DNA from: Terriglobia bacterium
Lineage (GTDB): Bacteria > Acidobacteriota > Terriglobia > 20CM-2-55-15
Reading direction: 5' to 3'
NCBI GenBank assembly: GCA_965198225.1
Contig: CBDAOY010000006.1
Location: 640,001-704,000 of the forward strand
DNA length: 64,000 nucleotides
A model generated the notes under the pieces. That model ran no database searches. It was given only the letters and a program-made list of their open reading frames with translations, and was not told the DNA's origin. Shown in pieces: positions 46,813-55,904 of the stretch; the first letter of the stretch is position 1; each line of letters begins with the position of its first letter. Position numbers and translations under genes: made by a program.

Positions 46813-49053
46813 ATGATGAAGCTTCTGGCTCTTCCCGCGTTGAGCATCGTCATCCTCTTGACCGGCGTTCAGGCGCCGGCGCCCAACACACCTGCGGATG
46901 AGGCACTTATCGACGCCGCCCAGCGCAACGATCTGCCAGACCTCACCCGCGCGCTCGAGCAGGGCGCGAATGTCAACGCCGAGGCCCGCTACCGGAGGAC
47001 CGCGCTGCTGTTCGCCGCTCGCAACGCGAATCTCGATATGGTGAGGTTTCTTGTGGAGCGGGGCGCGGATGTAGCGGCTCGGGACACCTTCTACAGCAGG
47101 ACTTCTCTGAGCAGCGCGATCAGGAACGATAGCGTTCTAATGGCGCTCTACCTCGTCGAAAATGGAGTGCCGGTCGGGGCTGATGCATTGGCCTTCGCCA
47201 TGGATGCCGCAGACCCGTCATTGCTCCGGGAGGTGCTGACGCGGGGCGACATTTCCGATTCGATGCTCGCAGCCACCCGCCAGCTCCGCGGCGATGCCGC
47301 AGACACAGGGATCGCAACGATCCTGGCAGAGGCGATCGCCTCCCGCCCGGGCGCGGCCGATTCTCTGGTCACGCTTCCCGTGGTGGTGCTCCGAGGCTTC
47401 ACCGGCACATACCGCCAGGACAGCAACGCATATTTCCCGGACAGCCCCGCCCACACGGTCGTCATCGCGCTGGAAGACGATCAACTCACGGCGGCCCTGG
47501 GTCCGCGGCCAGTCCGTCTTTTCCCGACCTCGGAGCTGACCTTTGTAGCCCCGGAGATGCCCGAAGCCGATTTCCGATTCGAACTGGAAGGGAATGGTAT
47601 CGAGCGGATCTTCGTGACACGGCCGGTGCGGGCGCGGGAGGACACCACGTCTCCATACCTTCGCGTCTCAGACCGGACGATTGCGACGTCCTCGCCGTCG
47701 ACCGCGACGGCCTCCGTTGACGACCTGGCGCCGGAGCCGAGGGAAACTCCGCGTCCCTGGCCGTCATTCCGAGGACCCGGCGCTTCGGGGATCGGCGACG
47801 GGCAGGGAGCGGTCGCCGAATGGGATCTCGCCACCGGGCGGAACATCCGCTGGAAGACGCCGATACCCGGCATCGCCAATGCCAGTCCCGTCGTGTGGGG
47901 CGATCGGATCTTCGTCGCCACGGCAATCAGCGGCGCCGGCGACACGACGTTTCGTATCGGAGACTACGGGAACTCCGCGTCCGTTAACGACATGTCGGAG
48001 CACACGTTCAAACTCTATGCGCTGGACGCTCCGGACGGCCGGATCGTCTGGGAGCGGGAAGTGCATAAGGGCATCCCGAGAACGACACGCCATCCCAAGG
48101 GGAGTCACGCCGGCTCCACCCCGGTCACCGATGGCCGGCACGTGGTTGCGCTGTTCGGCACGGCCGGGTTGCTCGTCGCCTACGACATGAACGGGGAGCT
48201 GCTCTGGGAAAAGGACCTCGGACTGCTCGACAGCGGCCATTTTTACGCGCCTGCGGTGCAGTGGGGCCACAGCTCTTCACCGATCATCTACCTGGACTCC
48301 GTGATCTTACAGGTCGATCGGCAGAAGGAATCGTTCGTCGCTGCGTACGATATCCGAACGGGAACCGAGCGGTGGGGGACGAGCCGGGCTGACGAGATAC
48401 CGACGTGGGGCACACCGACGATCGCGACGGGAGCCGCGGGTGATGAACTGGTCACCAACGGTACAAAGATACGCGGATACGATCCGGAAACGGGCAAACT
48501 GCGCTGGACGCTTGCACCGAATTCCGAGGTCACGGTGGCGACGCCCGTTGCTGGACCAAATTTGGTGTACGTGACGGGCGGCTACGCCCCCACACGTCCG
48601 ATTTATGCCATCCGGCCGGGGGCGTCGGGCGACATCTCCCTGGACCGGGGCACCCGCGCCAACGAGGCTATCGCCTGGAGTTCCGATCGTGAGGGCACCT
48701 ACATACCGACACCGATCGTCTACCGGGGATTGCTCTACATGCTGAACAACAACGGCATCATCACTGTCTACGATGCTGCGACCGGTGAGAGGGTGTACCG
48801 CGCGCGCGTCGGGGAAGGCGGGTCGTTTGCTGCCTCGCTCGTCGCGGCAGACGGTCGTCTATACATCGCGAGTGAAGATGGCGATGTATATGTCGTGAAA
48901 GCAGGGCGCGAATACGTCGAAATCGCACGGAACGAGATGGACGAAGTGATCATGGCGACACCCGCCATCTCGAACGGACTCATCATCGTGCGAACGCTGG
49001 GCCACGTCTACGGAATCGCGGAGGCGCCGGGATCCGGCGATCCCCACCGATAG
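46813..49053 (+). CDS. Secreted ankyrin-repeat + PQQ-like beta-propeller protein
   Basis: GANVNA..RTALLFAA ankyrin repeats; WPSFRGP, NIRWKT, SPVVWG.RIF, SSPII, ATPAIS propeller motifs. Confidence 0.88.
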   Translation: MMKLLALPALSIVILLTGVQAPAPNTPADEALIDAAQRNDLPDLTRALEQGANVNAEARYRRTALLFAARNANLDMVRFLVERGADVAARDTFYSRTSLSSAIRNDSVLMALYLVENGVPVGADALAFAMDAADPSLLREVLTRGDISDSMLAATRQLRGDAADTGIATILAEAIASRPGAADSLVTLPVVVLRGFTGTYRQDSNAYFPDSPAHTVVIALEDDQLTAALGPRPVRLFPTSELTFVAPEMPEADFRFELEGNGIERIFVTRPVRAREDTTSPYLRVSDRTIATSSPSTATASVDDLAPEPRETPRPWPSFRGPGASGIGDGQGAVAEWDLATGRNIRWKTPIPGIANASPVVWGDRIFVATAISGAGDTTFRIGDYGNSASVNDMSEHTFKLYALDAPDGRIVWEREVHKGIPRTTRHPKGSHAGSTPVTDGRHVVALFGTAGLLVAYDMNGELLWEKDLGLLDSGHFYAPAVQWGHSSSPIIYLDSVILQVDRQKESFVAAYDIRTGTERWGTSRADEIPTWGTPTIATGAAGDELVTNGTKIRGYDPETGKLRWTLAPNSEVTVATPVAGPNLVYVTGGYAPTRPIYAIRPGASGDISLDRGTRANEAIAWSSDREGTYIPTPIVYRGLLYMLNNNGIITVYDAATGERVYRARVGEGGSFAASLVAADGRLYIASEDGDVYVVKAGREYVEIARNEMDEVIMATPAISNGLIIVRTLGHVYGIAEAPGSGDPHR

Positions 49054-49115
49054 AAACTGTTCCGGCCATCGGTGGAGTTGATTCTTTGATAGCCCAACCA
49101 ATGGGAGGTGCATCC

Positions 49116-50099
49116 ATGTTTCGGCTTACGGTCCCGCTTCTCGCGTGTGTGTTCGCGTTCCAGACCCCGGCTCCCGCCCAGGACTTCGATCCCGATTACG
49201 CCGGGACCTACTCGATCGTCGCGCTCGATCCCGATACGGGCGAGCTCGGAATGGGCGTGCAAAGCAGAGCGTTCGCTGTGGGCAACCGAACGTGGACGGC
49301 CAGGGGGGGGCTGGCGGTCTTTGCGCACCAGGCGTCGTCGAATCCCTACTATGGGCGGATCGGAATGGAACTTCTGGCCGCGGGACTTTCCCCCGAGGAA
49401 GCGCTGGACAGGCTGGTGAAGAGTGACGATATGAGCGCCCGCCGCCAGGTGGCGCTCATCGACATACACGGCCGAACGGCCGCGCACACCGGTTCCGGCG
49501 CCAGCGACTGGAAGGGCCACAAATGCGGTGAAAACTATTGCGCGCAAGGCAACACGCTGGCCGGTCCCGAAGTGGTCGACGGTTTGGCGAGGACGTTCGA
49601 GGAAACCGCCGGGCAACCGCTTGCGGAGCGTCTGCTGGCGGCCCTGGATGCGGCCCAGGCCGCCGGCGGAGACGTCCGTGGGATGCAGGGCGCGTCCCTG
49701 ATCGTCGTGAAGCCGCTCGGCGGAGCAGGGCAGTATTCGGATCATGTCATCGACGTCCGGATCGACGACCATCCCGAGCCGCTGGTCGAACTCCGCCGGC
49801 TCCTGAAAATCGCCCGATCCCGCGACCGGCTGAGAACAGCCAACGAAACATTCAACGCCGGCGAACGAGCGAAGGCCCTTCAGACGGTGTTGGCGCTGCG
49901 GGACGAACTGCCGATGAAGGACAACATCTGGGTCGCGCTGGCCAGCATGTACCTCCGGATGGACCGCAAAGCCGACGCATTGGAGGCTATCCGGCGAGCT
50001 GTCGAGCTGAACCCGGCGAACAAGCGTCAACTACCGCGAAACACGAATTTCGAATCGATCAGGACCGATCCGGAATTCCTCCGCATCGTTGGTCAGTGA
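49116..50099 (+). CDS. Secreted DUF1028 protein with a C-terminal TPR
   Basis: TYSIVALDP.TGELG, RRQVA, QGNTL, AGGDVRG, IDDHPEP; TPR-like tail. Confidence 0.9.
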   Translation: MFRLTVPLLACVFAFQTPAPAQDFDPDYAGTYSIVALDPDTGELGMGVQSRAFAVGNRTWTARGGLAVFAHQASSNPYYGRIGMELLAAGLSPEEALDRLVKSDDMSARRQVALIDIHGRTAAHTGSGASDWKGHKCGENYCAQGNTLAGPEVVDGLARTFEETAGQPLAERLLAALDAAQAAGGDVRGMQGASLIVVKPLGGAGQYSDHVIDVRIDDHPEPLVELRRLLKIARSRDRLRTANETFNAGERAKALQTVLALRDELPMKDNIWVALASMYLRMDRKADALEAIRRAVELNPANKRQLPRNTNFESIRTDPEFLRIVGQ

Positions 50100-50161
50100 T
50101 CAGTCTTTTCCAAGATAGCTTTTCGAGAGCGGGTTTTGGAGAAGCCTGCCTCCTAAGGAAG

Positions 50162-50228
50162 GTGTAGGTGCGGTCTATGACCGCACACTCTTCGAACCGA
50201 AACATGTGCGCTCAGAGCGCACCTACAC
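50162..50228. repeat. REPIN copy 3
   Basis: gtgtaggtgcggtctatgaccgcac-actcttcgaaccgaaacat-gtgcgctcagagcgcacctacac. Confidence 0.85.
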
Positions 50229-50348
50229 TTCTTCGGGGACTTGACGCTGCGCCTGCTAATTCGAAGCGCTTGCTTACGGCTCCATCAGCCGTTTGACTCA
50301 ACCATGTCTTTCAGCGGTTCGAAAGACGGGCTCTCCGCGGCGTCCTGG

Positions 50349-51197
50349 CTACCGCCGGTTCGAAGCTCCCGTTCCCATCGCCTTCCTCATCGCGTTCACG
50401 GTCAGCTCGGTCCGGTATCCGATGATCTTCCGCGCGTTCGCCAGCGTCTTCTCGATGGGCAAGAGACTCACACCGTTGATCGAGAACTTGCCGGCGCGGA
50501 TGCGCTGATCGGTTCGCACGGAGTTCAGGTCGGCGGCCATCATGGTCACCGCGATGAAGTATTCGTCATGGAGGCCTTCCGATACTTCCTCGATGCCGAG
50601 TTCTTCCTGGATGAACGTCCGCATGGCTCTGTTCTGATAGTACTCGGGGATGAAGTGGATCTGGGCCGGACCGTTGCCCCACTTCGCAGTCAGTTCTTCG
50701 GCGACTTCCCCCATCGGGGTCTGATTGCCGCCGCTGTCGCCCATCACGAAAATATTGGTGAAGCCCTGGGACTTCAGGCTGTTGGCGATGTCCTTCAAGA
50801 CAGCCCGGTAGGTCTCGCCGGAGAGATACACGGTCCCTGGCGAAACGTTCTCACCTTCCGGATTGCCGGGTTCAAGCGTCACGATGGGCACGACCAGGGT
50901 GTTGCCCATTTCGCGCGCGATGGATTCGCCCATCGCACGAAGCACGTAGTTGTGCTTTCCCGTCACCAGGTACGGACCGTTCTGCTCGATACCGCCCGTG
51001 AGGATCAAAGCGTTGGTCTTTCCTTCCTTGATGTAGTCCCGGACTTCAACCATCGTCAGGTCTTCGATCCATACGGTGTCGAGGGCCTCGATCGGGTTCG
51101 GAAAGGTGTTCATATCGAGCCGCTGGGCCATTGCGGGAATCGACCCAACAACCAAAACAACGACCAGCGTCAAAGTGAGCCGCATCGTTCCTTTCAT
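50349..51197 (-). CDS. Creatininase-family protein with a signal peptide
   Basis: TGGIEQNGP, GKHN, PGTV, GDSGGN, LHDE. Confidence 0.85.
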   Translation of the reverse strand: MKGTMRLTLTLVVVLVVGSIPAMAQRLDMNTFPNPIEALDTVWIEDLTMVEVRDYIKEGKTNALILTGGIEQNGPYLVTGKHNYVLRAMGESIAREMGNTLVVPIVTLEPGNPEGENVSPGTVYLSGETYRAVLKDIANSLKSQGFTNIFVMGDSGGNQTPMGEVAEELTAKWGNGPAQIHFIPEYYQNRAMRTFIQEELGIEEVSEGLHDEYFIAVTMMAADLNSVRTDQRIRAGKFSINGVSLLPIEKTLANARKIIGYRTELTVNAMRKAMGTGASNRR

Positions 51198-51246
51198 GGG
51201 ATCCTCCTGGAAGCTTTGGATTGGCCGCAATTGTATATTAGATGGA

Positions 51247-51867
51247 TTATTGCATCGACTTTCTCTCGGCTCCTGTCCTTATCAGCAGCTGCTCCAGCAC
51301 GTCGTAGGGCTGGGCCCCGACGACGCCCTGTCCTTCCGAAACGAAGGTCGGCACTCCGGTGACACCGTACTGGCGGGCTTTCTGCCAGTCGTCGTCTACC
51401 GCCTCCTTGAACAGCCGTTGCTCGAGCACCTCCCGAGCTTCTTCGGCGGGCAATCCGCCGGAGGTAGCCAGGTCGACGAGAACGTTCAGGTCACCAATGT
51501 TCTGTCCGCGGACAAAGTACGACCGATAAAGCCGGGTGTGGATCGCACCGAAATCTGGCTGGGAATCCGCCCATCTGGCGAGCTCCTGGGCCAACCGGGT
51601 GTTGTAGGTATGACTGCGGCGGCTGTAGGGCAGGCCTTCGGCGTCCATGAGACCCTTCATGCGCGTATGCATGGCTTCCAGGTCGTTGGCTCGCCCTCGA
51701 AACAGGTCCTCCAGCGTCTGCCCTTCGTCCGGGGTATCCGGATGCAACGGGAAGTACACCCATCGAACCTGGATATCGTAGTTTTCTTTCAGGCGTTCAA
51801 TACGCCCGGTACTGAGGTAGCACCACGGTCACACGAAATCCGTATAGACGTCCATTACAACGCTCAC
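51247..51867 (-). CDS. DsbA/FrnE-like thiol-disulfide oxidoreductase, probable selenoprotein (UPWC)
   Basis: GTG at 51867 with GGAGG RBS reads MSVVMDVYTDFV-TGA-PWCY, in frame with FPLHP...GVTGVPTF...GAQP; TGA at 51829-51831; hairpin 20 nt downstream. Confidence 0.85.
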
Positions 51868-51966
51868 TCGAGGCCTCCAAACCACTCTCCCGTGACGGCG
51901 GATCTCTGCATGATCCAAAGTATATAACTGTTCAGAGCCCAAACCCGGGCCGGCGCCTGGAGACAT

Positions 51967-52153
51967 CTAGTGGCCTGTAACGGAGATATCGGTACCAGCG
52001 TTCCGCCGCAACCCTTCGGGCCGATGGGGGTTGCCGTCGATCTCTTTGTCGTTCGTCGTCATGATGAAACCGCATCAATTCCTCCTCTCTCCTCGACCTC
52101 GACTGGCAAGACCCATCGGCGATGGTGCCGATATCTCCGTTACAGGCCACTAG
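51967..52153. mobile_element. 187-bp MITE-like element
   Basis: 34-bp terminal inverted repeats (32/34 identical), ctagtggcctgtaacggagatatcgg(t/c)acca(g/t)cg, with CTAG at both ends and no coding capacity. Confidence 0.8.
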
Positions 52154-52188
52154 CAGTTGCCACCCGTGAACGGGTGTGTGGGTGGCGA

Positions 52189-53253
52189 TCAAGGAACGGT
52201 GGGTGTGCCAGACCGCAGAGGGGAGCGTTCCAGCCAGTCGTGCGGCAGTTCGACGATCATCGCTGCACCCGGACCCGCCGGCGACTGCTCGCACACTACG
52301 ATCAGCGAGGTGGGATAGTCAAACCAGTCCAGCCCTTCCCAGTTGACCCCATTCAAGTAAGCCGGCGACAAGCGATCCAGATCGATAGGGTTTCCGACGG
52401 GTTGCCCTTCCCGGTCGAATCGCTGAAGCCAACGATGTTTGTAGTGCTTGGGGTAAGACGCATTTTCGGAAGAGAGCAACACGATGAACTCACTCTCATC
52501 CACACCTCTAGACGGGTCCGGAGCGTTCCACACCAGGTCGGGGGCGCGAAAACGCTGATCGTCCCCCTCGGCCGGTCCGGGATTCGGGACAGATAGATAA
52601 ACCGTTTCCACCGAATGGGAACTCAGTTTGACGCGTCGCTCCCCTTCGTCGAGATCGTGAATGAGAACCACCGGCAGGAACGCACCCTCCGGTCCCGGCG
52701 GCAGGAGGTAGTTCGCGGTTCCCTCATCTGCGGGATACCCTCCCTCCCAGAGCACTGCAAGCCGGGATCCTCGCCCCGGCAGGGCTGCGACCGCAAGCCC
52801 TTCCAGCCCCCGGTTTCCGAACTCCGAGAACGCCTTCGGATACTCGACCACGAGGCCTTCGCTGCCGACGAGTCCGCGTAATCTCTCCGACAGGACGACC
52901 GGCCGCCCGTCAGCCAGCACGGCGATGGATTCGGCATCGAGAACGAGACTGGCACCGGGCAGGTCGACTCGGGCCAGAGGCCACAACTCGAATACCGACG
53001 GAGCCTTCTCCGGTACGCGGAATCGGAAGTACGCCCCTGAAGCCTCGTCGTCGGCGATGAGCAGGTTGTTTTCCGTACGCGCGACTCCTGAGATGCCTTG
53101 CAGGACCTCCAGCGGCCGATCCGGCGCCTGGCAACCGAAGCAGCCGAGCGTTAGGAAGATGTTGGCCAGGAAGCTCCGCGTGAGTGCCCGGGACCCCACG
53201 CCGCACGTGAAGCTTGAAACACATCCGGTCGTATGCTGCTCATTCCGACACAT
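52189..53253 (-). CDS. Hypothetical exported protein, probable phytase/esterase-like beta-propeller
   Basis: Repeated ISGVA, DAESIA, GLEGLA, NWEGLD blade motifs; start uncertain. Confidence 0.65.
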   Translation of the reverse strand: MCRNEQHTTGCVSSFTCGVGSRALTRSFLANIFLTLGCFGCQAPDRPLEVLQGISGVARTENNLLIADDEASGAYFRFRVPEKAPSVFELWPLARVDLPGASLVLDAESIAVLADGRPVVLSERLRGLVGSEGLVVEYPKAFSEFGNRGLEGLAVAALPGRGSRLAVLWEGGYPADEGTANYLLPPGPEGAFLPVVLIHDLDEGERRVKLSSHSVETVYLSVPNPGPAEGDDQRFRAPDLVWNAPDPSRGVDESEFIVLLSSENASYPKHYKHRWLQRFDREGQPVGNPIDLDRLSPAYLNGVNWEGLDWFDYPTSLIVVCEQSPAGPGAAMIVELPHDWLERSPLRSGTPTVP

Positions 53254-53315
53254 GGCTGTCTCCCTCAGCGGGTTTCGGCTTTGGATAGCTCTACGGTTAT
53301 TGCAGCAGGTGACTT

Positions 53316-53383
53316 TGAAGTTTCTCTGAAGAACCCCCGGCCGGATCTTCAGTAAACCTTCAGAATTCGCCCGGTACTATACT
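53316..53383. promoter_or_regulatory. Paired 11-bp-period direct repeats (OmpR-type boxes) and a -10 element
   Basis: TGAAG-N6-TGAAG (53316-53331), the oppositely oriented CTTCAG-N5-CTTCAG (53347-53363), and TATACT at 53378-53383. Confidence 0.6.
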
Positions 53384-53394
53384 GGTCTGGAAAC

Positions 53395-54072
53395 ATGGAA
53401 ATCCTTATCGTTGAGGACGATCCTCGCATGGCGGCCCTGCTGGAACGCGGCTTGCAGGGCGAAGGACATCAGGCGTTTGTCGCGTCGGATGGCCGGGAAG
53501 GCCTGGAGTTCGCCGACCTTCGAGACTACGACGTGATCGTGCTCGATATACTGCTTCCGGTAATGGACGGGTTTGAGATGACGCGGCGCCTGCGTGAAGG
53601 CGGTAACCGGACCCCCGTCCTGATGCTGACCGCGAGGGACGCGGCCAAGGACATCGTCCTGGGGCTGGATTCGGGAGCCGACGACTACCTCACCAAGCCC
53701 TTTGCTTTCGAGGAGCTGCTCGCGCGCCTCCGTTCCCTGGCGAGGCGCGCCCCGATAGAACGGGGCGTGTCACTGGAGGTCGATGACCTGAAACTGAATC
53801 CCGCCTCGCACGAGGTTCATCGAGGAGACAGCCGGCTCGGGCTGACCCCTCGGGAGTTCCAGGTCCTCGAGCTGCTCATGCGCCGAGCCGGCCGGGTCGT
53901 CGATCGTAACGCCATCATTGAGGCGGTCTGGGGCGGCGATGCGGACGTCGGTCTCAACACGGTGGACGCTTTCGTCAGTTCCCTTCGACGTAAGGTGGAA
54001 GGCGACGGCCGGCCGAAATTGATCCACACGGTTCGAGGAGTGGGGTTCTCGATCGGGGAGCCGGAATCGTGA
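53395..54072 (+). CDS. OmpR-family response regulator
   Basis: VEDD, LDILLP, LTAR, DDYLTKPF, TVRGVGF. Confidence 0.96.
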   Translation: MEILIVEDDPRMAALLERGLQGEGHQAFVASDGREGLEFADLRDYDVIVLDILLPVMDGFEMTRRLREGGNRTPVLMLTARDAAKDIVLGLDSGADDYLTKPFAFEELLARLRSLARRAPIERGVSLEVDDLKLNPASHEVHRGDSRLGLTPREFQVLELLMRRAGRVVDRNAIIEAVWGGDADVGLNTVDAFVSSLRRKVEGDGRPKLIHTVRGVGFSIGEPES

Positions 54073-55682
54073 TTTCGTGGCGCTCACTCGAATTCCGGCT
54101 CGCAGCCTGGTACTGCGTCCTGCTCATGGCGGGCGTGGGAGCGATCGGAATCGTGCTCTGGCTCGGGGTCAACTACGCCATGGTCGCGGCCGTCGACGAC
54201 CTGCTGGCAGCGCGCGTCGATCGTCTCGCTGACTTCATCGACTCGGAGTTTCCCAGCGAACTCTCCGATGCCGCAGAAGCCGGAGAACTCGTGGGTCTGA
54301 TCGAGGACGTGGATCCTGAAAAACGGTGGTTCGTGCTCCGCGGAACGAGAATCCAGATCGCGCCGACGACAGTTTTTGAGATTGATTCCTCCCGGGAGAT
54401 CGACTTTCAAATTGGCCAGTACGTCGAGGTCGAAACCGAGCCGGCTGCTGGCGTAGTAGTGGCCGCCGAAGTGTCTTTCGAAGCTGATTTCTTGGAAGAG
54501 TTCCGGGAAGAGCTCTACGAGTACTCGTTTGCCGTGCCCGATGGCAAGTTGATGCGAATCCGAACCGTGGACGACCACGGCGGCTTCTCGGAGGAAGACC
54601 TCGACAGTTCCCCGGACCTCCCGTGGCTGGGTGCGCCTGAGGGAGCCCGCAACTTCCACAATTTTGAGAATGTTGACGGAATGTTCCGGGTTCTGGTGGC
54701 CGAGGTGAGTCTTGCCGGGCTGGGGTCCGAGGTCCAGGTGGCGACGTCGCTGGCTCCCGTCATCGCGGCGCGGGAGCAGTTGGTTTCCTGGCTTCTATGG
54801 GCCATCCCCATCGCGGCGCTGCTGAGTCTCTCCGGCGGATATGCGATCGGTCGGGCGGCGCTGCGGCCGGTGGAAGAAGTCGCGGACGTTGCATCGCGGA
54901 TGGACATCTCCCGGCTGTCGGAACGCTTGAAGGTGCCTCCGACCGACGACGTATTGCAGCGACTCACCGAGACCTTCAACGACATGTTGCAGCGGCTGGA
55001 GGGATCTGTAACGCGCCTGGATCAGTTCACGGCGGACGCTTCCCACGAGCTTCGAAGCCCCGTGTCTGTCATCCGGACGACGGCGGAACTCGCGTTGCGC
55101 CAGGCAGAGACCGAACCTGAGCTGCGGAAGAGCCTGGAGGAGATCCAGGCCGAGGCGACGTCGCTCACGGAATTGCTTCAGGATCTTCTCAAACTCGCGC
55201 GTTCCAACGGTTCCGATGTCGCCACCGAGCCCGTCGACCTGCGTTCGGTCGCGGATGAGGTCTGCCGGCGGTATCGAGACCGGGCCGGCGCCCGCCGGCT
55301 CGATTTCGCCAGCGATCCGTCAGAGGCGATCGTGCGCGGGCATCCGCCCTCCCTGCGAAGGTTGTTGATGATTCTCCTCGACAACGCCATACAACACACC
55401 GCCGAAGCCGTCTCGATCGAGGTCGCCATCCGCACAGCGGACGAGCAGGTCGTACTGTCGGTTGCGGACACCGGCGAAGGCATACCCGAAGACGAGATTC
55501 ACCGTGTCTTCGACCGGTTCTACCGGGCGGATCCCTCGCGGAGCCGATCGAAGGGCGGTTTCGGACTCGGTCTCTCGATCGCGAAGTGGATTGCCGAATC
55601 GCACGGCGGCATCATCGCGGCCCGGAGCGAGAACGGCAAGGGTTCAACCTTCTCGGTTCGTTTCCCGCAAGCGCACGCGTAG
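54069..55682 (+). CDS. HAMP sensor histidine kinase (CusS-like) with a DUF5666-like insert
   Basis: Two TMs, ADASHELRSP, LLDNA, DTGEGI, FYR, GFGLGL; periplasmic G.IE.VD...F.L.G..I....T.F......GQYVEVE motif. Confidence 0.92.
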   Translation: MISWRSLEFRLAAWYCVLLMAGVGAIGIVLWLGVNYAMVAAVDDLLAARVDRLADFIDSEFPSELSDAAEAGELVGLIEDVDPEKRWFVLRGTRIQIAPTTVFEIDSSREIDFQIGQYVEVETEPAAGVVVAAEVSFEADFLEEFREELYEYSFAVPDGKLMRIRTVDDHGGFSEEDLDSSPDLPWLGAPEGARNFHNFENVDGMFRVLVAEVSLAGLGSEVQVATSLAPVIAAREQLVSWLLWAIPIAALLSLSGGYAIGRAALRPVEEVADVASRMDISRLSERLKVPPTDDVLQRLTETFNDMLQRLEGSVTRLDQFTADASHELRSPVSVIRTTAELALRQAETEPELRKSLEEIQAEATSLTELLQDLLKLARSNGSDVATEPVDLRSVADEVCRRYRDRAGARRLDFASDPSEAIVRGHPPSLRRLLMILLDNAIQHTAEAVSIEVAIRTADEQVVLSVADTGEGIPEDEIHRVFDRFYRADPSRSRSKGGFGLGLSIAKWIAESHGGIIAARSENGKGSTFSVRFPQAHA

Positions 55683-55801
55683 CAGACGTCTTTCCGGCGC
55701 TGTCGCACTTCTTGTCCCATCCGTCAACCGGCTGTATGATCGCCCGGGCGGGCTTGCGCTTTGACATGACGGCAGCGGGAGACAGCGAGAATTGGGGATC
55801 G

Positions 55802-55873
55802 GGTGTAGGTGCGCTCTATGAGCGCACGTCGCTGCTGCCTGAGGAATGTGCGGTCATAGACCGCACCTACACC
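55802..55873. repeat. REPIN copy 4
   Basis: ggtgtaggtgcgctctatgagcgcac...gtgcggtcatagaccgcacctacacc. Confidence 0.85.
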
Positions 55874-55904
55874 TAACCGACGAAATACCCCGGAGGACAA
55901 ACCA

